Below, one piece after another: positions 54,154 to 64,000 of a stretch of 64,000 nt of DNA. The notes under the pieces are model-generated. The model worked only from the letters and a program-made list of their open reading frames with translations, had not been told where the DNA came from and did no database searches. Each line of letters begins with the position of its first letter. Position 1 is the first letter of the stretch. A program made the position numbers and the translations under genes. The DNA lies in contig NSLH01000008.1 of assembly GCA_002763895.1 (NCBI GenBank), positions 12,914 to 76,913 of the forward strand, in the 5' to 3' direction. Source of the stretch: [Chlorobium] sp. 445 (GTDB lineage: Bacteria; Bacteroidota; Chlorobiia; Chlorobiales; Thermochlorobacteraceae).

Positions 54154-54672
54154 ATGCCATACTCTGACGACATTCGCTCTGAGAATACCGTTGCCATCCA
54201 AGCTGCGCCGAAAGGCTTTGTGGCACATGTCAATGAATATGTCTTTGTGGTTCATCGCCCAATTGAAAAAGTCTGGGGCTGGCTCAACAACCCAAAAACT
54301 TTTACCGACAGTCAGATTTTTCCTTGGCGTGTGGAGTTTGTCTCACCTGACCCCAATACGCCTGCGGACTTTCATGTCGGCGTGCTCTCGGTACATCATG
54401 GACCGATGATGATGTTTTCAGGCGTGCTGACAGAAATTCGCGACAAAGAATATCGTGATTTGCAGTATTTCTATGGCAGTTATGTGGGCAGTTTGCGCTG
54501 GATTCGTCCTACACGCTTGCAATTCTGGGTCCGAGAAGTAGAAGGTGGCACAGAAGTCAAAGCACGTCTAGATTCTTTTGTCATTCCCTCGCTCTACAAA
54601 TTTTGGACATGGGCACAAAACTTAATTTGGCGCCAATTTCCCGGTGATATCCTACGCGCCACTCGCTCATAG
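54154..54672 (+). CDS. SRPBCC (START/polyketide-cyclase-like) superfamily protein
   Basis: 172 aa. Size and the PIEKVWGWLNNPKTF opening are typical of the SRPBCC fold. The call is weak. Confidence 0.5.
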   Translation: MPYSDDIRSENTVAIQAAPKGFVAHVNEYVFVVHRPIEKVWGWLNNPKTFTDSQIFPWRVEFVSPDPNTPADFHVGVLSVHHGPMMMFSGVLTEIRDKEYRDLQYFYGSYVGSLRWIRPTRLQFWVREVEGGTEVKARLDSFVIPSLYKFWTWAQNLIWRQFPGDILRATRS

Positions 54673-54799
54673 TCTTCTGCACTTTTTTATGCTTCAGTTT
54701 TGACCTCTCTCTCGTTAGCCGCTATGACTAAAAACAAGATTGTGCGTATTTGCTAATTTGCTAAGTTAATCGCGATAAACTCGTAAGCATTTTTCTACC

Positions 54800-55713
54800 A
54801 TGCTCAAGCTTACTAATGTTACCAAGTCCTACGCTGACAAAATCGCTGTCAAGAACCTCTCCTTTGAGCTGCAGCGTGGAGAAATTTTTGGGCTTTTGGG
54901 TCCTAACGGTGCGGGCAAAACCTCCACCATTCGTATGATTTGCGGCATCACGTATCCTGACACGGGCACAGTAGAATTTCTTGGCAAGCCCGTCAATGCT
55001 GCGTCGCAAAGTAAGATTGGTTACTTACCAGAAGAGCGTGGGCTTTACAGAAAAATGACGGTTGAGGAGACGCTTCTTTACTTTGCAGCACTCAAGGGAC
55101 TTTCACGTGCTGATGCCAAAACACGCATTGAGCAATGGGCGCATCGCTTTGAGATTCATTCATGGCTCAAAAAAAGGTCGAAGCACTCTCCAAAGGCATG
55201 CAGCAAAAAGTGCAGTTTATTTCTACGATTTTGCATGATCCTGAACTTCTCATTCTCGATGAGCCCTTTTCAGGTTTAGATCCGATTAACTCAGAACTGA
55301 TTATGGATGTGATTATCGAACTTAAAAAAGCTGGTAAGACGATTCTTTTCTCCACACATCGAATGGAACAAGTCGAGAAACTCTGTGACTCAATTGTACT
55401 CATCAACAATGGTGAGAATGTGCTTAGCGGTAAAGTGCGCGACATCAAGCGTGCGTATGGTAAAAATCATTTGCACTTGGATTTCGAGGGCAGTGATAAC
55501 TTCATTGATCTGCTTGTAGCACAAGGCAAGGTAGAAATCTGTAATCGTTCGCCAAAGTCAATAGAGCTCAAACTGCTTAATGGCACTACACCGAAGGACA
55601 TCCTTTCACATCTTAGCTATGTTGATATCACGCGCTTTGAACTTGCTGAGCCCTCACTCAAAGACATCTTCATTATGCGTGTTGGCGAGACTAATGCTGC
55701 CCCATCAGCATAG
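54800..55713 (+). pseudogene. ABC-2-type transporter ATP-binding protein, frameshifted
   Basis: ORF 54800-55279 has GPNGAGKTS. ORF 55162-55713 has LSKGMQQKV, LILDEPFSGLDP and a DUF4162-like C-terminus. The break is in the A7 run at 55169-55175, and one more A gives ...RFEIHSWLKKKVEALSKGMQQKV... No permease gene follows. Confidence 0.8.
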
Positions 55714-55891
55714 AGCCTCTTGCTTCAGAGTAGTTTTGAAATTGCGCTTCATGTTTTTCTTAATTCTCCTGCAGTTGTCTTACAAATTTTTACCTGCACA
55801 CTTGAAAAATTTTCCGTTGCTTTTTCTATCTTTGCGCCAATTTCAAAGTGAGGGTTTAATCTGTTAACATCAAAAGGTAGAGGAGATAAAA

Positions 55892-56440
55892 TTGTCCTTC
55901 GTTCCAACCAAGATTTTCTTCACCAAAGGCGTCGGCAGACACAAAGAATATCTCTCATCGTTTGAGCTTGCACTTCGTGACGCAAAAATTGAAAAGTGCA
56001 ATCTGGTCACTGTGTCGAGTATTTTCCCTGCAGGGTGCAAACGCATTTCACTTGAAGAAGGCTTGAAACTTCTGCAGCCTGGACAAATCACCTTCTGTGT
56101 GATGGCAAGGGCGGCAACGAACGAGCACAATCGTCTTATTGCCTCTGCAATTGGTGTGGCAATTCCTCAAGATATCAACACGCAGTATGGCTACCTTTCT
56201 GAGCATCACCCTTACGGCGAAAGTGAAAAGCAGGCAGGCGAATATGCCGAAGATCTTGCGGCAACCATGCTTGCAACAACGCTTGGGATCGAGTTCGATC
56301 CTAATACTGCTTGGGACGAACGCGAAGACATCTACAAAATGAGTGGCAAAATCGTCAAGACTTTCAACATTACCCAATCTGCAGAAGGTAAAGCCGGACT
56401 TTGGACATCCGTGATTGCTTGCGGCATTCTTTTGCCATAA
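55892..56440 (+). CDS. pdaD: pyruvoyl-dependent arginine decarboxylase
   Basis: 182 aa, TTG start. [29 protein letters not shown]...[10 protein letters not shown] contains the self-cleavage Ser-Ser site typical of PdaD. Confidence 0.85.
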   Translation: MSFVPTKIFFTKGVGRHKEYLSSFELALRDAKIEKCNLVTVSSIFPAGCKRISLEEGLKLLQPGQITFCVMARAATNEHNRLIASAIGVAIPQDINTQYGYLSEHHPYGESEKQAGEYAEDLAATMLATTLGIEFDPNTAWDEREDIYKMSGKIVKTFNITQSAEGKAGLWTSVIACGILLP

Positions 56441-56479
56441 CACTCTAAAACTCAAAACTCTCACGCAACGCAAAACACA

Positions 56480-56504
56480 AAGAGGCTGAGATTGTCAGCC
56501 TCTT
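56480..56504. terminator. hairpin between convergent genes (probable bidirectional terminator)
   Basis: 10-bp perfect stem AAGAGGCTGA / TCAGCCTCTT with a 5-nt loop. The U-tracts are weak on both strands. Confidence 0.6.
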
Positions 56505-56529
56505 CACTTAATTTGCACAGCTTTTAGTA

Positions 56530-57063
56530 CTACTCAATTTCTTTTTGACGCAGCATTTCATTCAGTGTATTTTGATAGATGTCGTAATCGCGTTGACTGA
56601 AACAGACAAAAAAGACTTTTGAGAGTACATGGCTATGCTCTAAGTAGTCATTGACCGTTTGCACTGCGATTTTAGCAGCGCGTTCAACTGGAAAGCCGTA
56701 TGCACCTGTACTAATTGCAGGGAAGGCTAAGGTCTCAATACCGTGCTCATCAGCTAGTTTGCATGAATTGGTATAGCACATTGCTAACAGTTCATCTTCG
56801 CCGAAGGTGCCGCCTTTCCAGACTGGTCCTACCGTATGAATCACATACTTTGCTGGCAAGTTGTAGCCTTGTGTGAGTTTCGCTTCACCTGTTTCACAGC
56901 CATTGAGTTTGGCACAGGCTTCACGCAGCTCTGGACCTGCCGCTTTGTGAATCGCACCATCTACCCCACCACCGCCCAGCAAAGTTGGATTTGCCGCATT
57001 GACAATCGCATCAACATAGACGTGTGTAATATCGCCGAGGATAACTTCCATTCCGTCTTCCAT
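56530..57063 (-). CDS. macro-domain protein (O-acetyl-ADP-ribose deacetylase, YmdB-like)
   Basis: 177 aa. GDITHVYVDAIVNAAN...GGGGVDGAIH...HTVGPVW...AFPAISTGAYGFP. Confidence 0.9.
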   Translation of the reverse strand: MEDGMEVILGDITHVYVDAIVNAANPTLLGGGGVDGAIHKAAGPELREACAKLNGCETGEAKLTQGYNLPAKYVIHTVGPVWKGGTFGEDELLAMCYTNSCKLADEHGIETLAFPAISTGAYGFPVERAAKIAVQTVNDYLEHSHVLSKVFFVCFSQRDYDIYQNTLNEMLRQKEIE

Positions 57064-57118
57064 ACTCTTTCTCCTAAAGCTGTCATCAGATACTTATTGA
57101 GAGGTTTTGCTCAACGCA

Positions 57119-57694
57119 TCACTTTGGTTCAAACACAAGTGCTGCAGAGTTCATACAGTAGCGCAGTCCTGTGGGCGTTTGGGGCGCATCATCAAACACA
57201 TGTCCTAAGTGTGCATCGCACCTGCTGCACAGCACTTCTTCGCGTACCATTCCAAAGCTATAATCTTTTTCGATCTCAATGCAGTCTGGTCGAATCGGAG
57301 CGTAGAAACTTGGCCAGCCTGTTCCTGAATCGAATTTGGTCTCAGAGCTAAACAGTTCTTGACCGCAACAGGCACATTTGTAGATGCCTGCTTTCTTATT
57401 ATTCCAGTACTTGTTGACGAATGGAAATTCTGTGCCTTTCTCTCGCGTAATGCGATAGACATCGGGCGGCAACACGGCTTTCCAAGCCTCCGGCGTTTTG
57501 ACGATTTTCTCTTTCATTTTTCTTTCAGCGTTCAGTGAATCAAATCGGGTGACAGAAAACGCAGCGGTTTCTACAGCTTGAGCATCTTTTGATGCTGGCT
57601 CACGGCAGGCACTGAGCAGAAAGATGAGCAGTCCTGCGCTTGTAAGAAACAGCGTATGTTGCACATTTGAATTTTTACTCCAAAGCATATACAT
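57119..57694 (-). CDS. msrB: peptide-methionine (R)-S-oxide reductase MsrB with a lipoprotein-type signal peptide
   Basis: The track ORF extends to 57760. An internal Met gives a signal peptide ending in the lipobox LLSAC. It has two CxxC zinc motifs (CACC, CSRC), GTGWPSF and the catalytic RYCMNS. Confidence 0.85.
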   Translation of the reverse strand: MYMLWSKNSNVQHTLFLTSAGLLIFLLSACREPASKDAQAVETAAFSVTRFDSLNAERKMKEKIVKTPEAWKAVLPPDVYRITREKGTEFPFVNKYWNNKKAGIYKCACCGQELFSSETKFDSGTGWPSFYAPIRPDCIEIEKDYSFGMVREEVLCSRCDAHLGHVFDDAPQTPTGLRYCMNSAALVFEPK

Positions 57695-57725
57695 TCGGCA
57701 AACTGTATTTGCAAACTTGTCTCGA

Positions 57726-59039
57726 ATGATAGGCAAATTTAAGATACGACGCGCAGGCAAATTATCGATAGCAATTTTTTTTGCAATGTGCGCTGTATCA
57801 TTTGCTCAGAACAAACCGCCGACCAGGCCTTCCGAGTTGGATGCCCTGCGTGAAGAGCGGCGTACAACTCAAGCGATGATGAAAGAGCTTGCTGGGCAAA
57901 TTCAAGAATATGAACATTCTCTCAAAAAACTCTCTGAAAAAGAAAAACTTTCTTTGCAAGCCTTAGAGACCCTCGAGAAGCAGTTGAGCGTCTATCAAGT
58001 CATTCTCAAAGGATTAAACAAAACTCAGCAGAAACTCTTGCAAGAGATTGCACTAGCTGAACGCGACCTTGTTTCAACAGAAAAAGAGTTGAAGAGGCTG
58101 AAAGAGGATTTTGCGCGATATGCTGTCGGTATCTACAAGTTCGGCGTACGGCGCAACGAAGAAATTCTTTTCTCTTCGGCTTCACTTAACCAAGCTATCG
58201 TGCGTTTGGAGTATATCAGACGCTTTGAGCAAGTCAGTAAACTCAAAATTTTGGATATTACGGAGAAGAAAAATCAAGTTGCCGCACTGCGCGATACGCT
58301 CTCGGTGCGCTATCAAGAAAACCGCCGTTTGCTGGAAGAAAAAATGCGTCAGACTGCTGCTTTTGAGCAGCGCAAGAAAAGCCGTGAGCAACTTCTGAGC
58401 GAGCTTCAAAAAAACAAGAAGAAACTCAAAACTGAACTTGAAGCACGCCAAGCAAAGGTCAAGGTTCTTACACAAGAAATTCGTCGGCTGCTTGCCTTGG
58501 AAGAAAAAGCCATGCAAGCTGAGCGGCAACGGAAACTCAACGAGAAGACAACATCTGACGCCAAACCCGAAAGTCCCGCCAAGTCCATGCCACGCTACGA
58601 CGATCTTCCTGCACTTTCAGGTGAGGTCAAAAATTTTGAGGAGTATCGCGGCAGATTGCCATGGCCCGTGCGCAGTGGGGTCATTGTACGTGCTTTTGGT
58701 GAGAATACCAACAAAGCCCTCAAAATTGTCACCTTCAATAATGGTGTAGATATTTCTGTGCCGAAAGATGCGCAGGTTTTTGCCGTAGCGACTGGCAAAG
58801 TTACGCAAGTCAGTTACCTGCCGACCTTTGGCAATATCGTCATTGTGCGGCACGCAGATGGTTTTATCACAGTCTATGCGAACCTTAAAGATGTGCGCGT
58901 TGCAAAAGGAGAAAAAGTTGATGCGCGTCAGCCAATTGGCACTGCCATGGCAAGCGAAGGTGGCAATGCGATTGTGCATTTTGAGGTATGGCAAGGTAAA
59001 GAAAAGCATGACCCTGAAACATGGTTGGCTAAGAACTAA
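57726..59039 (+). CDS. EnvC-like murein hydrolase activator (coiled coil plus degenerate LytM/M23 domain)
   Basis: The track ORF starts at 57624, and the in-frame ATG at 57726 gives a signal peptide (AMCAVSFAQ). A long coiled coil is followed by a C-terminal M23 fold whose metal ligands are replaced (NNGVDIS, YANL, IVHFEV). Confidence 0.8.
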   Translation: MIGKFKIRRAGKLSIAIFFAMCAVSFAQNKPPTRPSELDALREERRTTQAMMKELAGQIQEYEHSLKKLSEKEKLSLQALETLEKQLSVYQVILKGLNKTQQKLLQEIALAERDLVSTEKELKRLKEDFARYAVGIYKFGVRRNEEILFSSASLNQAIVRLEYIRRFEQVSKLKILDITEKKNQVAALRDTLSVRYQENRRLLEEKMRQTAAFEQRKKSREQLLSELQKNKKKLKTELEARQAKVKVLTQEIRRLLALEEKAMQAERQRKLNEKTTSDAKPESPAKSMPRYDDLPALSGEVKNFEEYRGRLPWPVRSGVIVRAFGENTNKALKIVTFNNGVDISVPKDAQVFAVATGKVTQVSYLPTFGNIVIVRHADGFITVYANLKDVRVAKGEKVDARQPIGTAMASEGGNAIVHFEVWQGKEKHDPETWLAKN

Positions 59040-62000
59040 CTTTTGCCGGGTTGATTGCTGGTGCTTCTACCGTAGGAAGTTCCACGATAAATGTTGCGCC
59101 TTTACCTTTTCCTTGCGATTCTGCCCAGACTTTGCCGCTATGCAAATCCACGATGCGCTTTACGAGTGCAAGCCCTAAGCCCACCGAAGTCTCACCGCCC
59201 GTAGGCTGCGCCGAGAGCCGCTGAAACTTGCGAAACATCAGAAACTTGTCTTCTTCACTTAGCCCTTGTCCTTCATCGCGCACTTCAATACGTCCGACGT
59301 GATTTTCTTCGCTTACCGTCACCCAGATCGTTGAACCAAAGGGCGAATACTTAATCGCATTAGAAATCAGTTGTCCTACCATTTCGGTGAGCCGATCTTC
59401 ATCGCCATAGATTAGGGCATTGCTTTTGATGCTCAGTTCGATGCGCTGCGATTTTTTTGCTGCCAAATCTTGATGGCGCAAGACTGCAAGTTCTGCTAAG
59501 CCTTTGAGAGAAATATCGCGTTTGCGCAGCACAAGGCTCTCTACACCAATCAGGCTCGAGTCAAGCAGTTTATCGACGGTAACCGTCATACGGTTGGCTA
59601 AGTCGCGAATGATGTTGAGATATTGCACTTGTAAGTGCAGCGGCACTTGACCATTGAGCAGCATTGCCGTAAAGTCGGAGATACTTTTGAGCGGGGTGCG
59701 TAATTCGTTTGCCGCCACACCAATTAGTTCGGTCTTAAATTCGCTGGCTTCTTCAGCAATTTGTCGCTGCCGCTCTGAGTTTTCTTTTTCGGCTTGCAGG
59801 GCTTTTGTGCGCTCTTCTACCAGCAAGCGCAGTTCTTCTTGTTTGAGATTCAGCTGGCGAATGCGCCACGACCAGGCTCCAACCCCTACTAGGACCAAGC
59901 TCACCGTGCAAAGCCCAATAAACCAGATCGTTTGATAAAAGTGCGGCTCTAGTTTGAAGCTCAAACTTGCCCCTTCTTCATTCCAAATATGATCATTGTT
60001 ACAGGCTTTGACACGAAATGTGTAAACTTTAGGCGCAAGATTCGTGTAAGTAATCTCTCGCGTGTTGCCCATATCAATCCAGTCATGGTCGAAGCCCTCA
60101 AGTTTGACTTTGAATTTCATTTTTTCAGGCGCAAGAAACGAGAGCGCAGTATAGTGGAAGTCAAAGCGCTGCACATCGGGTGGAAAGGAGAGATTAGCAC
60201 GCGGTACAATCAGTTCCTTATCAGTACGAATCTGCTCAATCTTGACGGGTGGGATTAGCTGATTATACTTGATGCGGTATGGATTGATAACCACAACCCC
60301 TTTTCCAGTCGGTATCCAAAACTCCCCCGTTGTGGTTTGCTGAGGCGGCATTGAAGCCCCTGTAACTTCGCTGGTTTTCATGCCATCGGAGCGGTCAAAC
60401 GCTTTAACTGTGCTCAATACTGGACGCACCCCATCAAGCACCTCATTGAGGTCTTTTGCTGAAAAGCATGAGATTCCTCTGTTTCCTCCCGTCCAAATAC
60501 GTCCAATTGAATCTGGCACAAGAAAGAAAGCAGATTGTGCAAACAGCCCGTTTTGTATCGTGACATTCGTCAGTTTTCCCTGACGCAGACGCGAAATCCC
60601 CGCATTAGTGCCGAAAAGTATTGAGCCGTCTGGCTGCTCGAGTGCGCAGAAGACAACACCTGCCGCTAATCCCTGTTTTGTTGTATAGGTGATGAGCGAA
60701 TCGCCTACAATGCGCCCCAAGCCGTTGCCATCGGTGCCAAACCAGATGGATTTGTCGCTAGATTCGTAGATGAATGTGATGGAATGACGCGCAAAGTCTT
60801 TGTTGTTGAGCAGCTGATGCGGGTAGAGCGAATCACCTGCAAAGCGATACAATCCGCCGACGCCTCCTACCCAAATCCGCCCTTGTGAATCTTCATAGAC
60901 AGTACGCAGCCTATCGCCAGCCCCGCCACCCGTTGAGAAATTTTTGAAGTTCCCGTTTTCGTATCGGCAAAGCCAGAGTAGGTCGCAAAATACAATTGAT
61001 TGCTGCGCGTGCGGATGATGTAGCGCGCCAAGTCGTCAGGGAAACCGTTCTGTGGAGTGTAGTTTACAAATTTGCCATTGATGAAATGACTCACTCCACC
61101 AGCTGTTGCAATCCAATAGGACCCATCTCGATCTTGAAGCACGCCATAGACGATATCATCCACCAAACCTTGTTTGCTGGTGTAAGTCAGAAACTTTCCA
61201 TCCTTGAAGCGATTAAGTCCGCCTCGATATGTACCGACCCACAGGCTACCTTCATGATCAAACGCCATGGTCTGAATTTGATTGTCCGTCAAACCATCTT
61301 TTTTGAGAACGATTCGAAGTCGCCTTTGCCACTTTTCAAATGAAATCGGCATACCCCGCCATTGTAGGTGCCAATCCAGAGAATGCCTTGCGCATCGACC
61401 AGCACGGAAAGCACGCGATTGTGTGGCAAGCCATCAGCTGTTGTGTAGAGTGTAAATCTGCCGTTTTGATAGCGAAAGAGCCCACGGTCACCTGTACCGA
61501 GCCAAAGCGAATGGTTTATGGTATCTTCTGTAATCGTCCAGATGGAGCCGGGACTAAATCCATCACTTTCATTGAATTGTTTGAAGACCCCATCTTTGAA
61601 GCTCCACAAGCCGCCCACAGAGCCTACCCAAAGTGTACCTTCGCGGTCGAGCAAGACATGATTGACTGCATTTTGCTGCACATCGCCGGGCAATTGATAC
61701 GCTATAATTTTGCCATTTTCATAATGTGCGATGCCGTTGCGCGTACCAATCCATAGTCCACCTGCTCTATCGGAGCAGATATGATGAATGACATTGCTCG
61801 GCAAGCCATCTTCAACTGTGTAGGTTTTGAATCGCCCGTCTTTGAATTGTGTTAGCCCTCCGCCGTTGGTTGCAAACCATAAACTCCCATCTGCGCTTTC
61901 ACGAATTGACCAGACACCATTGCTTTTGAGTTCAGGCGTATTGGCACTATGAAAGATCGTGAAGGAGACTCCATCAAAACGCGCAATGCCGTCAAATGTG

Positions 62001-62266
62001 CCAATCCAGATGTAGCCATCAGAGGCTTGAAAAATGCTGAGAATTGCATTTGAAGGTAGCCCTTGCTCGCGCTGCCAAACTTCGTGAGCATATTGTGAGA
62101 AACTTTTTTGAGGGTCAAGGGCGAGGAGAAGCGTCGCATCGCATAACCACATACATAACAGCAGCGGCAAGTAAACCCATCTTTTGCACAAGTCTAATCT
62201 CCTACATGCGCCATGCTGTTGCACTAGGCTGCGACGTAGAAGGGTTTTTAATTGCACCTGCATCAA
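59029..62266 (-). pseudogene. sensor histidine-kinase-like protein with periplasmic Reg_prop beta-propeller repeats and a Y_Y_Y domain, two frameshifts
   Basis: Track ORFs 61289-62266, 60867-61352 and 59029-60852 are contiguous Reg_prop repeats (G.LWIGT / GG.. RF.. G.F motifs). These are followed by Y_Y_Y (FDFHYTALSF), a TM helix, a HisKA-like region and HATPase_c (LISNAIKYS, RDEGQGLS, GLGLALV). The breaks are at the T6 run 61299-61304 and around 60962-60972. Confidence 0.8.
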
Positions 62267-62399
62267 CTTCCTGATATGGAAAAATCGCCGACTGTCTTAC
62301 ATTAGACGTGGTTAAACTAAAAATATACGATTTTTTCCAAGCTAAGAGTGTCAAGGCATCACTGACCTTCCGGTGCAAGGGCAAGCCAACGTTATTGAA

Positions 62400-63617
62400 C
62401 TAACCTGATTTGCTTTGCGAGAGTAATGCCTCGCAGTAGGTTTCAGCGGAGAGGCGAATGTCAGAAAAATGCCGTAAAAATTCCGCTTCACCAAGTTGCT
62501 CTCTTAGAAACTCCCAATTTTGAGCACTTACTTTCTGCTCGAATTCACTTAGCTGCTCAGACAGTCGCTTGGCAATATAGAAGTGCTCGACGGCAAGTTT
62601 AGTGTTTTGCATGGCAAGTGCCACAAGTCCAACTTGCGCCGCCGCTGTTGCCACGCCCGATGGATTATGATGGTCATATTGTTTTTGCATCAAGTCTTGG
62701 AAGCTTGCCAGTGCATTGGCGTAATCGCCTTTTGCAGCCAGTGCGCTGCTGAGCTGATGGCGCACTGCAAATTCGGCAGCGGTATTGCCAGCTTGTCGCA
62801 ATTTCTCAGCAATGATGCTCAGCTCGGCAATTGCATCATCAAAGCGCATGAGTTTCGCAGCACCCGTCGCCAGTTGATGTCTTAAGAAGAGCTCAACTTC
62901 TTCGTTGAGCACATTTGCCAGTGGAATTGCTGCTCGTAGCAAGGCTAAAGCCGCTTCCGTTTTTTCTGCCTTCATCAAAGCTGGTGCATAAGCTGCAGCC
63001 AGTTGAACCGCTTCCCGATGCAAGCCTGCTGCAATCAAATGCCTCTGCCACTTTTGTGTGCGCTCGTCGTCATTACCGGTTTGATTAGAATAAAAATGTA
63101 CGAAGGCAATGTTGGCACTGACACTGTCTTCAGGCGACAACCGCCTTAAAACCTCAGCCTTCACCTCTTGATTCAACTGAAATTTTGGGGCACCACTTTT
63201 CGTGGTCATTTCTACAAAACCTAGTCGGAGCAATATCAAGAGCAAATCTTCGGCATCTGGACCTACCTCTGGGAAAGGCAGGTACTGCCATACGGCACTA
63301 AGGTCTTTTTCGGAGAGCGGCTCTGATGCTTGCGAAAGCACCACGCACAGCGCATACAACAGCGCACATTCACCCGTACTCAGTGCATAAAGTGCCTGTT
63401 GCAGCATCGGCGTTGTTTGTTCAGTTCTATCTTTTTGTGCTTGAAGCTCACGCACAATGTCATCGTAGCTCAGCGCATTTGTCAGGAGCAGCGACTTAAT
63501 TGCGCCCAGCAAGAGGCGAGAGTCCCCTGCAAGAGCACGCAGTCGCTGTTCATCTTCTTCAGCAAACGGCAGGGAAAACTTCTGTAATGCATCTGCAACA
63601 GCCATACACTCAGACAA
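62400..63617 (-). CDS. hypothetical alpha-helical protein (winged-helix-like region plus TPR-like repeats)
   Basis: 405 aa and all-helical in character. The C-terminal half has TPR-like A/L-rich repeats. The N-terminal part resembles the WH/arm region of STAND NTPases, but there is no P-loop. Confidence 0.55.
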   Translation of the reverse strand: MSECMAVADALQKFSLPFAEEDEQRLRALAGDSRLLLGAIKSLLLTNALSYDDIVRELQAQKDRTEQTTPMLQQALYALSTGECALLYALCVVLSQASEPLSEKDLSAVWQYLPFPEVGPDAEDLLLILLRLGFVEMTTKSGAPKFQLNQEVKAEVLRRLSPEDSVSANIAFVHFYSNQTGNDDERTQKWQRHLIAAGLHREAVQLAAAYAPALMKAEKTEAALALLRAAIPLANVLNEEVELFLRHQLATGAAKLMRFDDAIAELSIIAEKLRQAGNTAAEFAVRHQLSSALAAKGDYANALASFQDLMQKQYDHHNPSGVATAAAQVGLVALAMQNTKLAVEHFYIAKRLSEQLSEFEQKVSAQNWEFLREQLGEAEFLRHFSDIRLSAETYCEALLSQSKSG

Positions 63618-63633
63618 ATTTGTTTTTGGAAGT

Positions 63634-63653
63634 GGTATATCTCAAGATATACC
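63634..63653. promoter_or_regulatory. perfect 8-bp inverted repeat in a divergent promoter region (candidate operator)
   Basis: GGTATATC-TCAA-GATATACC, 17 nt upstream of the start of the 62400-63617 gene and 133 nt upstream of the phoD-like start. Confidence 0.35.
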
Positions 63654-63785
63654 TTGTGGCAATGTCGTGCAAACCCGATGCACCACATTGCAGAATTAAA
63701 AGTTTTACATTTTCGTATCGCCAAAGCTCTCACCGTTTTTGTATCTTTGAATTATCAATCTAACCACAACACGATACAACACGAT

Positions 63786-64000
63786 ATGTTTTCAACACAC
63801 CGTTTAGTTTCAGTTCTCTTTGTTTTTCTGCTTTTAGCACGCATTCTCTACGCACAATCTTCACTGCTTCAATCGGGTCCAATGCTGGGCTACTCTGACA
63901 TGCGCGAAGTCTTGCTCTGGGTTCAAACCAAAGCGCCAGCAAAGGTGCACTTCAAATACTGGGACAAAACGAATCCTAAACAAGTCTTTGAGACAGATGT
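63786..64000 (+). CDS. PhoD-like alkaline phosphatase/phosphodiesterase, N-terminal part (partial, runs off the right edge)
   Basis: Not in the track as a + strand ORF. From the ATG at 63786: MFSTHRLVSVLFVFLLLARILYAQSSLLQSGPMLGYSDMREVLLWVQTKAPAKVHFKYWDK... This is a signal peptide plus the GPMLGY..MREV.LWVQT opening typical of PhoD-like N-terminal domains. Confidence 0.7.
   Translation, partial: MFSTHRLVSVLFVFLLLARILYAQSSLLQSGPMLGYSDMREVLLWVQTKAPAKVHFKYWDKTNPKQVFETD

Noticed and set aside
1-64000. Looked for a defence island, prophage, IS element, integrase, CRISPR repeats, toxin-antitoxin pairs and rRNA/tRNA/tmRNA/RNase P/SRP signatures
   Set aside because: I found none by eye. The NYN (YacP-like), macro-domain and HIT genes are in ordinary housekeeping contexts. 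A covariance-model scan (tRNAscan-SE, Infernal/Rfam) would be needed to exclude small RNAs.

Overview
The window holds about 55 protein-coding genes on both strands. By eye I found no rRNA, tRNA, CRISPR array, transposase, integrase or phage gene. The content is chromosomal housekeeping with an FCB-group (Chlorobi/Ignavibacteria/Bacteroidota-like) flavour: a Bacteroidota-type RpoD N-terminus, a long LptD_2-type outer-membrane protein, pyruvoyl arginine decarboxylase, a fused phytol-kinase/DUF92 protein, Reg_prop/Y_Y_Y sensor kinase architecture, and moderate GC. Recognisable genes include rpoD (partial), mlaEFD, queF, tgt, pyrF, trpB, clpB (truncated), mltG, tatC, lolD, rnhB, pdaD, msrB and rsmE.

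The dominant feature is technical. At least 16 reading-frame breaks, almost all inside short homopolymer runs, split 14 genes into the overlapping ORF pairs or triplets seen in the ORF track. Correcting one base in each run restores long, family-typical proteins. I therefore report those genes as single frameshifted loci and treat the breaks as probable homopolymer sequencing errors.

I see no convincing defence or mobile system. The leads worth a second look are:
- an operon of three tandem MenA-like UbiA prenyltransferase paralogs, one of them catalytically degenerate
- a VTE5-like/VTE6-like (DUF92) kinase fusion
- a ClpB cut off after NBD1 and abutting a convergent gene
- a sensor kinase whose H-box histidine is Asn
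- a Tgt lacking two of its zinc ligands
- a signal-peptide/CarboxypepD_reg/TonB_C fusion
- a GAF protein with a degenerate GGDEF domain that keeps its I-site, just upstream of rpoD
- an NTPase-less STAND-like winged-helix/TPR protein

All functional calls rest on motif recognition by eye. No database search was run.
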